Assembly: GCA_001938485.1 (NCBI GenBank)
Contig: MQRK01210013.1
Location: forward strand, 1-57,352
DNA from: Girardia tigrina
Taxonomy: Eukaryota
Direction of reading: 5' to 3'
DNA: 57,352 nt
The position numbers were made by a program, and so were the translations under genes. The notes under the pieces are model-generated. The model was given only the letters and a program-made list of their open reading frames with translations, was not told the DNA's origin and did no database searches. Below are positions 27,901-41,300 of this stretch, one piece after another. Position 1 is the first letter of the stretch, and each line of letters begins with the position of its first letter.

Positions 27901-30900
27901 GTTGAAGAAAATATAGTCTAAATGAAGTTGCAATAACATGTTTGTAATAGTTCTCATGGTACTCCATAATTAATTGTTAATAATTAATTGTTAATATTAA
28001 TAATTTATTGTTAATAAACGAAAAATCTATAACAAAGTCTTTTTTGTACGACCTCATTGAAAATTGCAAACAGAATACTTTCAGATTAAGATCATACCAG
28101 TTCATAATGTAACTTCTTTGTATGATCTAGATCAGTGGTTCCTAACCTGGGGGTAATTACCTAATTCCAGGGTAAAAACGCAATTCTTTAGGGGTAAAAA
28201 GGCATCCACTAAATTTTAGTGATGCCTTCTTTGTTAATAAAAAAATACAGTACAGTAACGCATTTGGTTCATGTGACATATACTCTTTATTGCTATCGAA
28301 ACTGCGTGTATAAACCAGTTTGAACTGAGAGTGGTTGAGCATGTATTCCGACGCATTATCGCGTTTGAGCTCCACAATGCACACACGCGATGCGCCGTGA
28401 CTCAGTATCCAGTCTACCGGGCCGTATTGGTAGTTTGAGATTTAAAGAAGTCATATATAAAGTCATATTTAAACAAGTCAAGTTCAATTGTCTCTCATTA
28501 CGTATAACTACCGGTTTTGAAATAATTACAATATTATTTACTTTTTTGACTGTAAGTAGTAACAAACAATGATAATTAATTATAATTAGTTTTTTTCTCA
28601 ATATTCTTAAAAGTCAAAGTTAACATTTTTATTTTTTCCTTAGATAACTTTTTTTACGAATATATTAGAATAGAATATTTTAGAATAGAATATTTTTTTA
28701 CGAATATACATCAAGAAAACGCTCATATAAAGAAGCATTTTTACAATGGGGATTCACGGATATTCTAGATAGGAATGTGGAAAAGCCTCAGTGTGTTCCA
28801 TGTAATAAAGTACTTAATACAGAGAGCATGAAGCCGAGCAAATTAAAAGAACATTTCGAGAGAGTTCACAAAGAGTTTGTAGATAAAGATATAGATTTTG
28901 TTAAGAGAAAAGAGAGTTTTCTGAAGTCTGTGCGATTTAATTCAACAGGAAATATGCAAAAGGCAAATGAATCATATCTTTAAGCTTCATATCAAATTTC
29001 TTATCGTATTGCTATGAACAAAAAACCGCATACTATAGGAGAGGATCTCATCAAACCTTGTTTGTGTGATGCAGTATCACTCGTCATTGGCGAGAAACAT
29101 GTGGCTAAGATCAAACAAATATCACTTTCAAATACTACAGTTCAAAGCCGCATTTCAGACTTGAGTAACGATATTATGGCAACCATTATTGATCAAATGA
29201 AAGGAAATTCTATGTTTGCACTGCAATTAGAGTCTACAGATGTAGTTTTGTGTTCACAACTACTGGCATTTACACACTATATTAAAGATGACTGTGTAAA
29301 AGAGGAATACCTGTTCTGTAAGTCCTCATCCCCCACTACACGTGGAGAAAACATTTTCGAAACGCTGAAACAGTTTATTGGGGAAAACGGTCTGGACTGG
29401 TCAAAGCTGGTCGGCATTTGTACAGACCGGGGTCTTCCATGATGGACGTCCGCTCTGGATTTCAAGCACTCGTGAAACAAGTTGCTCCTCAAGTTTTATC
29501 CTATCATTGTCTCATTCATCGCTAAGAAATGCCGTGGTTCAACATTTATTTACAGTAATAGAGTCTCTGAAGTAATATTTTCCGGATTTGGATAATGGTC
29601 AGTCCAATTCTTGGATATTAAGACCCATTTCTACTGTTGATGACATTTTTAAAGACAATGATGTAGCGGCCAAAGTAGAATTTCTTGGACTCGACGAGAA
29701 TAGTACTTTTAAAGTAGAATTTCAAAATTATGATCTCTACACATTTTGGATTAAAGCAGGTACCGAATATTCTGTTATAGCCAACAGAGTTTTAAAAATG
29801 CTTATACCCTTCGCCACCACTTATAGTTGCGAGAGTAGTTTTTCGACTTTAGTTTCATTGAAAACAAAGCTCAGAAACCATCTCAATGTGGAACATGACT
29901 TGAGATGCACTTTAAGTGACACTAAACCTAATATAAAAAACTTGTAAATTCAAAACAATTCCAACCTTCACACTGAATTTTTTTAATTCATAGTTAAAAT
30001 ATAAAACAAAGTAATATTGTAATACTGTTTTGCAATTTGTGTTTTTCTATTTATTCACAATATATCCAGTTTTCTGACGAACTACTGGGCAATGACAAAT
30101 TTGCAATTAATAAGCTTTAAAATTTGCTTGCATTTTTTCTGTTTTTACAGCATTTTTAAGTTGGGGAAAAATCCGTTTTCCTAACAGGTTACAGGGGTAG
30201 CAACATAAAAAGGTTAGGAACCACTGATCTAGATGAACATTAATCAACGGAACACTAGAAAACAGAAATCACGGTTCATGAGTACTTACTTTTTACGTGT
30301 GTTCCTTAACTGATTGTTATATATTTTTAGTTCTAGCAACATTAAAAATATTCCTAGCAATATTCCGTAAAAAGACAGTAAAAAAGAATAACTCACAGAA
30401 AGGATTGAAAGAACAGAAATAGAAACTCGATTTGTTGTTTCTTACTGTGAGAGCGTCTCTCCGGATATTTTCCCGTCTATCTCCCGGCGGATGAATTTCT
30501 CAACTTTACAATTCGAACTCAAGTCGACTTTGATTGATTTTTGACTGACACTGATCGGTTCAATTTCAAATCCGACTATTGTGAACTTTCCATTTTCGTC
30601 CTTTTTATTAGAGGTGAATCCAAGACGAAATCCGTGCTCATATTGAGTGACTTGTCCGATTGTGTAGCGAGTCGTCACAGGAAGCTTGTCCACCAGCAGA
30701 TGAACGGAATACGAGTTCTCAATCCGCTTGCGGAACTGCCCGGACTCCGACTTGCTGAGAGTGATGGAATCACACACGATCGAGCAAATGGTCTTCTCGA
30801 GCATCTTGATCCGATAGGGCGTGTTCACGATGCGGTCCCCGCGTAAGATCTCACCCAGGTTCTCCGACGAGTACATGAGGCCGTCTTTCGGCTTGCAGAA

Positions 30901-33900
30901 TGGAAGCGAATAATAGGTGTACGGCAATTCTGTCTTTAAACTCGTCAATTTCACCGCCTTGACGTCAACGTTATCACCTTCTGCGAATTGGACGGGAAAA
31001 ACGTCCGGGATGCAAAAATTGTGGGACACATCGATAAGTGCCAACAGAAACAGAAGAAAGAGAACGGGAATCATTTAATCAAATGAGCGGTTTCTAGAGT
31101 TATTTCTTAGAGAGTTTTCCGTTTGAAAAGCAGTGAAGTAAGAGGAATTCAAATAATGTTTATTTATTAAAAACAATGACAATGAATAAAACAAATTATT
31201 ATTGCCAATATTTTAAATAAGGTTTTTAACATTTTCATAAAATGATAAGTTAATTTCCTTCATTGTTAACTAAAAAGAAATGCTTTACATGAAAAACGAT
31301 TAATTAATTTTTTCATTGTTAATTGTTGTGGCACACAACACTTACTATATCCAACGGATCTATTAACTGATAAAAAACAAATTCACACTTCAAATGAGTT
31401 ATTTTACATAATTTTCCAAGCTTGAAAATATTGTTGCTGCAATTAATTCCAGGGCTGCTGAGTCGGAATCAGAGTCTAAATCGGAGTCGCGAAAGTCGAC
31501 ATCGACCAAAATAATAACAAATATTATAAATTGACCTAAAAAGGAGTTGGAGTCGGAGTCGGAGTCGGACAATTTTAGTCCGACTCAGCAGCCATGATTA
31601 ATTCACTGAATCAAAAACAACCCAGTAATTGGAATTATCACGTAAATCCGTAATAATTATCAAGTTTGTTTACTCATCAAGTAAATTTTAAAATGGTTTT
31701 CTATTATATTTTCAACTTTTCTAGTGGGGTTTCTTGTTTTACAACCTTTTAGTTGATTTTAGTTATAAAATTGTATGCTTCATAAACTTTTATTTAAATA
31801 ATTAAACAAATGAAGGTCACTCATCACCAAGCCAGATCTATAAAGTAAATAATATTGGTATATGTGTTTATTAAAGAAATATAAATAAATATAAAGTAAA
31901 TGTTGAATTTTTTTAATAATTATAAATAAATAATATACTCTAAATTTCATAGGAAAAAATATATTTAAAAACCGATAACAAGTAAACAACACAGAATATA
32001 AAATACAAAAGGAGTATTGAAATAGTATTCAACTGCCATCTAAACCATAAATCTATAATCCCTATCTGGTTTTCAGAGTCTTAGGTTATTGAACAAGGAA
32101 ATAGCCCAGAAAGGAACAACAAAGTAGACCAAAAAACATATTTTTTAACTAAAACATATAAAAAGTTATTTTTCAATGAATAAATCTTTTCAATAATAAC
32201 ATTTTCACCATCTTTTGGGAAGTTCAACAAATCCAGCCATAAAATGTTCAGGTTGTAGTGATTTAAAGTATAATTCAGCAATATGTCTCGGTTCATCCCT
32301 TGAACTGAAATGAGTTTGACGAAGAATTTTTTTAATGATTGAACAAATCAAAATCTGACTGTATCAGATCTGGGCTGTTAGGCGAGTCTTCATTAACTTT
32401 TTTTGAATTTTGTTTGTTATATGTATATTTTTATTACTTTTCTTAAAACTAATGATGAATTCGATTATTGATGTAACTAACAATTTACCTACTGATACAT
32501 ATAGAAACATTAAAAAATATCGGCAACAAATTATGGTTACTTAATGATTTAGGCACTCATGTATGAAAGATTGTTCATAACTAAAAATTGTTATTATTTC
32601 TTAGTAAAAATTCTTACTTTTGAAGCATTTGCATTTCCAAATGAAAAGGTAAAGTAAAAAAGAAGAGCAAAAATTATTTGACCTAATCCTATTAAACCAT
32701 AGATAAACATAAAATAATTAGCAGAAGAATGGTAGTCAAATAATGCAAATAATTCAATTTTGTTTAACATAATAGGTGAAGAATTGTTTGGTAGTGGATG
32801 ATTTGAAGTTAGTTTTTCCAACCAGTAACTGCTAAACACCTGTATCAGAATTAATTCTGTACAAAAAATTTTTTTTACCTGTAATACTGTCATCATTCCA
32901 AAAGCGAAAATAGAACACAGTAGTTGAAAAGAACCTCTTGCGAAAAAGTATTTACAATAAGCATTATAAGAAACAGACTTCATCTCGGTCTCGAAATCAT
33001 TTTCTTCACTTTGACTAAAACTTATACTATTAGAGGAATTTGTATTCTTTTCCAACTCCATAATAATCTTTAATTATTAAAATTATTTACTCATCAGAAA
33101 AAAATATTTTTACTCGATGATCGCTTTTAAAAAAATATTCTTGAAACTTTTCTTTCATTGTTCTACTAAATATTTTACGGATTCGACAAGAGGAACGATT
33201 GACCACACAACTGTTATTGGACGTGTAAACATTTTTTTCTACTGTGTCTGAAAGTATGTAAAATAACATTACAAATTTATAAATTAAATTTCGAATATTT
33301 AAACAACATTATTACATCCCCGCCAAAAATCAGATTCCCATTTCGTAATCTCTGTGCCATGGTGGTTCTCTTCTCTCTCGGTCGCTTCTTCGTTGCTAGT
33401 CACGATCTGTTTGGTCCAAAATCTCTTCAACACTCGACTCCTCATCAAGTGCTTCGCTCTCGTCTTCACTACTTTCTAAATCATCAATAAACTCATTTTC
33501 AGGATTATTCTGATCGTCAGATCGTTTTCTGATATCCTGAATATGTCTCAGAACTCCATCTACTTCGTATTTGATGTGACTAATTTTTTTATGTGATTAT
33601 ACCTCAACCCTTGTACATCGAACATGTTGACTCGGCTAGACATACACTTTCTCTCCTACTTCAAACATTCTACAGTCGTCACTCATCGGTTCCATGTTTA
33701 TTTTTTCACCCATTATCCTCCAATTGTAGTTAAATAATATTTCACTTGGCGATTTAATTCTATCTTTTCTTCTTTTAGGACCAATATTATACCAATAGGT
33801 CGTAATAACAATATTCGATCTATCCGCTATTCTTTTTATCGTACGGAGACAGCGCTCCACAATTCCGTTCGTACTCGGTCTATGCGCACATCGATAGTCT

Positions 33901-35180
33901 ATCTTAACACTCCATTTAATACACAAGTGTTTGAATTTGTCACCTGTAAAAGCTCATCCATTGTCAACAAGGATTTCTATGGGAGCTCCATGCTCCATAA
34001 ATAATTCATCGAGAATTTTTATTATGTCGTCGGCTCCTTCAGTTTTTACTTCTCTCCAAATAGAAAATCAACTGGGTCCACAATCAATTACTGATAAATA
34101 TACTCTATACTTGTAATGAGTATGATCTATAGTCAATCTTTCCCATCATTTTTCTACCGATAATGATTCCTTTGTTGTTTTTATATGGGCGGGATCAATA
34201 CTACTACACCGTTGACAGTTTCTAACAACACTCTCCATATCCTTTTTTGACACTTCAATAGATTCTTTTTCTGTTATCAGACGGCTTTTCTCGATCCCAA
34301 AATGATGTGGCTCATGAATCTTTCTAGCTTCATTTAATTTTCTCTCTTGTTGAACAATACAACATTCCCTTTCTGTCATTTTCTTGGTACTCTAGTTAAA
34401 AATCTGCATTGTTTAGTTCAGAGCGAACCCAATCACACTACCAATCTATTTCGGACTCGTTTAAAATACTATCTATCATAACCAAACGTCTCCTGACCAA
34501 TATCTCACTCAATCCGGTTACTTTTAATCGGTTTTTTCTTGTCTTCGACGATGCGATCCAACCATGAACTACAACTGAATATGTAACAATTAATAACTTC
34601 TTCACATTCCAATTCAAAGCCAAGTGAGTTCCTTTCATAATTGCTTCAAGCTCAGCAATACTTATATGTGTACAATCATTTTCTTGTCTAAACCAGCTTC
34701 CATCTTCGATCACATGGTCTCCGATTTGCAACACACACTCTACAGCAATAGAACTTGCATCGCACCATATCGTACATTTTCGGATCATATCTACATTCCA
34801 TCGTCCTCGTACTAGATCTGAATTACTAATACGATCCATCACTTCACGAATAAAATTAATAGACTCTTCATTAACCGGTTCATTCCATTGTAATCCATTA
34901 CACTGGCGTTTTATGTAGCTACATGCTACACGCAACCAATTTCCAATCGAGTAATGACCAATTAATTTTCCACAAATCAATTATACACCTTGTTAGAAAA
35001 GTTGTTTGCAGCGCAAACTTCGTCAAAATTCGAGTCCATAAAATAAAATTTATTCTATTAAAAAATGTTGCTTTTTAAATTTTCGCTTCTTGATATTTCT
35101 GAATATTAAAACAAAGTTCTTTTTTTAAGAGTTTTAATTTTACAATTTTCTAAATTTAACCGTATTATAAATATGTATAT

Positions 35181-35240
<60 letters not shown>

Positions 35241-35290
35241 NNNNNNNNNNNNNNNNNNNNNNNNNNNNNNNNNNNNNNNNNNNNNNNNNN

Positions 35291-35328
<38 letters not shown>

Positions 35329-38300
35329 TTTAATAAGCGTGTTTTTAATGTGTATTTATTGTTTTTTGTAATTACGACTTTAAAATATATTGAAATTAAA
35401 ATATCCATATTAAAATATAGCTTTTATTCCTTACACACCTCTTCTAGTGATCTTATCTGGGACGTATCGACCAGTTTAATACTCCATCACATTGAGACAA
35501 TTGAAGACCAAGAACTCTCGCTCCGTTTAGTTCCTCTTGATTTTTTACATTGTAAACCGTATTTCGATAAATGATTCCGTACTTCCTCTACGCTCACTAT
35601 GTCTTCATTTACAATGATATCATCCACATAATGACGAGTTCCATAGCGAACTTTTTCATCAATAGACAAAACCTTTCCCAAAATCATGGACATGATTTTC
35701 GGAGCGGATACTAAACCAAATCCTAATCTTGTAAGCTCGTAAAATTCACCATTAATTCGCACTCTGATAATTTCATAAAGTTGAATCTACTCCGATTTGT
35801 AAATAGGCATTTTTCAAGTCGATAACTTTGCATTTCTTTGGCATATTTCTCCACTCGCGAAGTTCGTCATCCACTGATACTGCATATAATGCATGAGAAC
35901 TAATAAACTGACTCAACTCTCGATAATCCATGACAAGCCTTATTTTACCCTTTTTTCTTCTTTGATCGCAAGCAACGGTATAATTCATTCTCCGTCACTA
36001 CTTGAACTTTTCCTTAACCAACCCTCACTAATCCAACCTTGTAGTACCTCATGAAACTTTATTCTGGTGTCTTTATCCATATGATAATTCACAACTTTAT
36101 TTGACAACTGAGGCGTTATATCTTTCCATTTCCACTTTAGTTCTCATTTCCTTCCAGTAAATTTCGCATTAAAATCAATATCATTTATTTCGAAATTTGT
36201 TTGTTTTACACCGCTATGATACAACTTTTTACTCGCATATAAATCAATATTATTTCTCTCACTATTTGACTGTGTTGCAACGCTATGACACACATCTTTA
36301 CTCCACGAAACACAACCTTTACTATCAATTTTAATACCTCCTTGCATTGTTCCATCCATGCCAATAATAACATCTACATTTTTAACTAACTCGTTCATAA
36401 CTAAACACTTTAATCTCAATATCCCATTCGACTCTTACTCAATCTTTATCTCACACTTTCCAAGTATAGATACTTCATTTCCATCAACTGTCTTAACACG
36501 CACATTAGATTCAATCATCTTCTCTCTACCCAACTCATATCTTACACCCCCACTATCAATAAGAGCATTAATCCACTTACCGTTCAACATCACCATCATC
36601 CGTATAGACACCTTTCTTTGCGTATAAGAATATGCGGTGCCGACTATTCTTGGTTTAAGTTTAAATGATTCTTCGTCTGACATTCGTTCGCTTATGGCGC
36701 TCTTCTCCGCAGCTAAAACATTTAATTATATTACTTGATATACACTCCTTGGCTATATGACCGAGCTTCCCACACGAAAAACACTTCAGCATAGAGGTTT
36801 TTTGGCGCCTATCATCCGCCTGATATAGTTCGTCATTGGGCTTTTGCAAAATTTTATAAGAATCATCCCACCACTAGTGAATTCGCTTGCGTCCTGATAA
36901 AGCTCTATAACTCAGACATAGAGAAACTTCCCTTCTCATCCCGTTAATTATGATCCTGGCCTTTTCCACTAACTTACTTTGAGATATCTCGTCTAATTCT
37001 ATTAATGTTTTCAACTTGACTCGCACATCATCGGGTAAACAACTTAAGAAAAAAACATATAAATATTTGTTCATTAATCGGAAACTGCGATAATCGCCTA
37101 ATATCTTCAGTTAAATCTTCCACTGTTTCATCTTTCTGTAACGTTCTCGACCACAACTCTAAAAAGGAATCGACATCATCCTTCCCAAAAACTTTTATAA
37201 CGGTAGCCTCGACCTTCTCCATATCATTTTGACAGTCTTTGGGTACATTTTTTCACAATCCAAATGATAACCCGTCGAATAATAGTTGGGATTCATCGAC
37301 CAAATTTTCGCCAGTCTTCTCTGCAATGATCTTCGCTCTCTCGAACCATCTATGCACATCTTCGTCGCCTTTGAATATCTTGATCATCTTCAATAACGTC
37401 TTCATCCCGTGATAGCTTGTAGTTTCAACAGAAATAGAAACAACAACAAAGTTTATTTAAGTACAACACAAAAAATCAAATTTTGTTTCAAGGTTTTAAT
37501 CACGTATTTAAACAAATTTAATTTTGAATATTTAAACAACATTATTACATTATATTTAAACCCGTCTCAGTTTTCTTTCTGTAGATCCAAGTTACAAAAT
37601 AATCATTTAGGCTATTTCTAATAGCAGATCTTTGAAGGGTAAAATATTATTGCTTTTATAATTAAAATACGCTTAATTATATTGAGAAAAAATAAGAAAC
37701 TTTATTGAGAAAAAATTAACTTTATAAGAATAATGAAAGATGTCAACATGCGTAAATTTGATAAAGAAAATGTTTTTTATTAAATAGTAATATTTATATT
37801 AATAGTAGAAATTGTTTTAAATTAAAATTGAAAAATTTCGAAAAAATGGGAAATTACCACAAATTAAATTGCTTATTAGAGAAACTCGTTAATGTTGGTA
37901 ATTTACACATTGATCTTGAACCTAAATTTTAATCTGTTGGTTCTCAACCTGCTAAGCTTCTATGACTTCCACGTTCAAAGTTTTCTCTTTTGTGAATTTA
38001 AAAGGCTCTTAAATATTGTGCCCAACAAAATGAAATTTTAATTATTCTAAAAAGGAACTGGCACGTTTTTTTCTCAAAATACACACTGTACTATAAATCA
38101 CGAATTAAAACAACACTGTTTCTTTTCTAACTTAAATAAATAAATACTCTGATAATGACACCACAATTATAAAAGAAATGCAGTTGTTGAAAACATTTAA
38201 TTTATCATGTTTTGAAATCTTATAATTAATGAATACTAGTATAAAATAAAAATAAATAAAAATACTAGTAAAATATTTTAATTTTATTTTTAAAAATAAA

Positions 38301-41300
38301 ATTATTCGATAAAAAATGTCAAAATAACTAGTATTTATTTATTGTGTATTTTTATGTATTAAAATATTTATAAAATACACTACTCGCTGTAAATGTTCCA
38401 CGTATCTTTGTTTATAAGTAACAACTTTGTCAAATAGAAAAACGCTTATTTAAAAAATCGTCAATATACATAAATTTGCATGGTGGATTTTGTGTTTAAC
38501 CCAGATATGCATGCCTTCGTAGGTTCACCAAGGGTCCTGAGAAGTTGGACCTGTTGCACCTACCTAGTTATAGCAGAATTTACATTAATTGCATTTTATC
38601 ATTCCTTCTTTTATTTTCTATCTCATTTTGAAAAACGATAGATCCAGGTTTTATTTATATTAAAAAATGTATAACGGTGAGTTACATGTTCACTGAGAAA
38701 GGGCTGCGGAAAGCGTGAGGGGTAAATCTTGATCAGGTATTACAAAATAATTACTGATTACTATTCATTATTTATGGATTCACTACCAGTAGCGTTGCTA
38801 GGTGGGTGCGGGGGGTGCGGACCACTCCGGGTGACACAATCTCAGAGGGTGTCACCAAATGAAAAATACATCGCGGAAATAACATTGTATAAATAACCCG
38901 ACGTTAAGCTAAGGTTAACTAAAAAACTCAGGTTATTCAGAGTCCATGACGTCAGTTTTCGGTTTAGAAATATTATTAAAGAACTACTTAAGATCCACCA
39001 TGGGACAGTCAAGGCTTTCTGGTCTGGTTCTATTATCAATTGAACGTAAGATGGTGAAGGACATAGACTTTGATGAAGTTATTGACAAGTATGCAGCTCT
39101 GAAGACAAGGAAAGGATAATTTAATAGATACATTTTAATAGTTACAGTTCTTTAATACTTGTGTGCGCTGATGACTGACTTTCAGTGACTGTGAACTTGT
39201 TGTTTTTGTTCTTGTCATTTTGATAATTTGACTTATTACATGGCGAATAAATCTGGAGGGGTGACACCGTGACTTTACCGCACTGGGTGACACCAACCCT
39301 AGCGATGCCACTGTTCACTACCATCTTGATTATTAAAAATTTTATTAGTTAAAGAAATAGTTATAGTGAACAGTAATAAACTTAGTGATTAAACATTACT
39401 AAGTAAATAAGCGTAAATTGTAATTATGTGATTATAATTAGTCAAAAATATTTTACTTAAACTTCACAAATGGCGACTCAATACTACGTAAGCTTTAAAG
39501 AGTTTAAACATTTATTTTTTAAGGAAAATATAATTAATTTTTAAAAGATTAGGCTTACTTTTAATCTGTGTGAGCTCTTCTTGTAAACTGACTTTCGCAG
39601 TATTATATGATAATAATAAATAAAAAAGTTTTAAAAACCACGTTTTCATATGGACTAAAAAGAGGAAAATAATTTTTTTCTAGACATGTGAGAAATTTTA
39701 TACCTAACCAAAAACGTGGGGCATAGAAATAATCGATTGTTATTAAAAAGCAGTAAAGAGGAAATAGCAGTAATTCAGAAAGCCGCCCCACGTTTTTGGT
39801 TAGGTATAAAATTTCTCACATGTCTAGAAAAAAATTATTTTCCTCTTTTTAGTCCATATGAAAACGTGGTTTTTAAAACTTTTTTATTTATTATTATTTT
39901 CNNNNNNNNNNNNNNNNNNNNNNNNNNNNNNNNNNNNNNNNNNNNNNNNNNNNNNNNNNNNNNNNNNNNNNNNNNNNNNNNNNNNNNNNNNNNNNNNNNN
40001 NNNNNNNNNNNNNNNNNNNNNNNNNNNNNNNNNNNNNNNNNNNNNNNNNNNNNNNNNNNNNNNNNNNNNNNNNNNNNNNNNNNNNNNNNNNNNNNNNNNN
40101 NNNNNNNNNNNNNNNNNNNNNNNNAGAACGATCGGATGAGTGGAAGTGGTCTAAAAAAGCGTGTGAAAAGTGAAACATCACAAACAAACAGAAAGACAGA
40201 CAGAACCCAAAGCAAGTTAAGTAAAACGTGGTAATAAAAACGTGGTAAATAATATTACAAATAAATTAACGCTATGTATAATTATTCCTTTGTTATGCAT
40301 TTTTTTATAAAAAAGCTAAGCATTTAATTCAATAAATTCTCAGTAAAAAAGAACTAAAACACACAAATCAATGTTCCAAAAATAGTAAATTTATAATACT
40401 ATTTTTTAATTAAAAAGGAAAAAATCATGAAAGGAAAAATAATTTTTATCAAATGTCCTCAAGAATTATATTATAAAGCAACAGTTGAACAGAAAATAAA
40501 TATAATACACTAATTATGTAATTAAAATAATATATTAGGTTGTTGCAAAAGGAATGCAGGTCTTTGATTTTTTTGTATTTACCGCAATGTTATACGTCTA
40601 AAGCATGTATGATGTATGAGTCATTCGAAAGCTTAATTTATACTCTTTCAGATATATTTATCTAAAACTTATTATAATGTTTCTTTTGTTAATGATTTCG
40701 ATTTTAATTGCAAATGTCAAAACGTAATTTTCCCAATATTTACTTCTACGAATTCAATCTAGGACGTAATGCAGCTCAAAACGCTCGAAAGATCAACGAA
40801 ATTTGGGGCAAGGGAAGTGTCAACGAATGTACGGTGCAGCGCTGGTATAAAAAGTTTCGATCCGGCAATACCAGCCTGGAAGATGAGCTTCATGACAGTC
40901 GCCCATCGACGATTGACAACGACGAATTGAAGGAGCTGGTTGAAGCTGATCCACGTACAACTATTCGAGCACTCACAGAAGAGCTTAACGTTGATCCCTC
41001 AACCGTCGCTCGGCACTTGAAGCAAATTGGAAAGTGGAAAAAGTTCGATAAATGGGTGCCTCTCGAATTGAACGAAAGTCAAAAAAACGTCATTTTGAGG
41101 TGTCTTCCGCGCTTCTTCTGCGCAACAAGGAAGACCCGTTTTTCGATCGGATTGTAACATGTGATGAGTAGTTGATTCTCTGCGACAATCGGTGACGTTC
41201 GGCACAATGTTTGGACCACGATGAAGCTCTTCATCATTTTCCGAAACCGAAACTGCACCAAAAGAAGGTTATGGTGACTGTTTGGTGGTCTGCAGCCGGT

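Noticed and set aside
35106-35574. ORFs with poly-YI or X runs (also 156-368, 39716-40234, 52900-53172)
   Set aside because: Artefacts of microsatellites, minisatellites and N gaps.
39558-39605. Possible extra ABCC mini-exon with a GTAAG donor
   Set aside because: Not needed: exon 41831-41900 joins 33247 in phase, and the acceptor is poor.
39610-39900. Perfect ~112-bp inverted repeat as a functional hairpin
   Set aside because: It abuts an N gap and is likely a scaffolding artefact or a duplicated element end.
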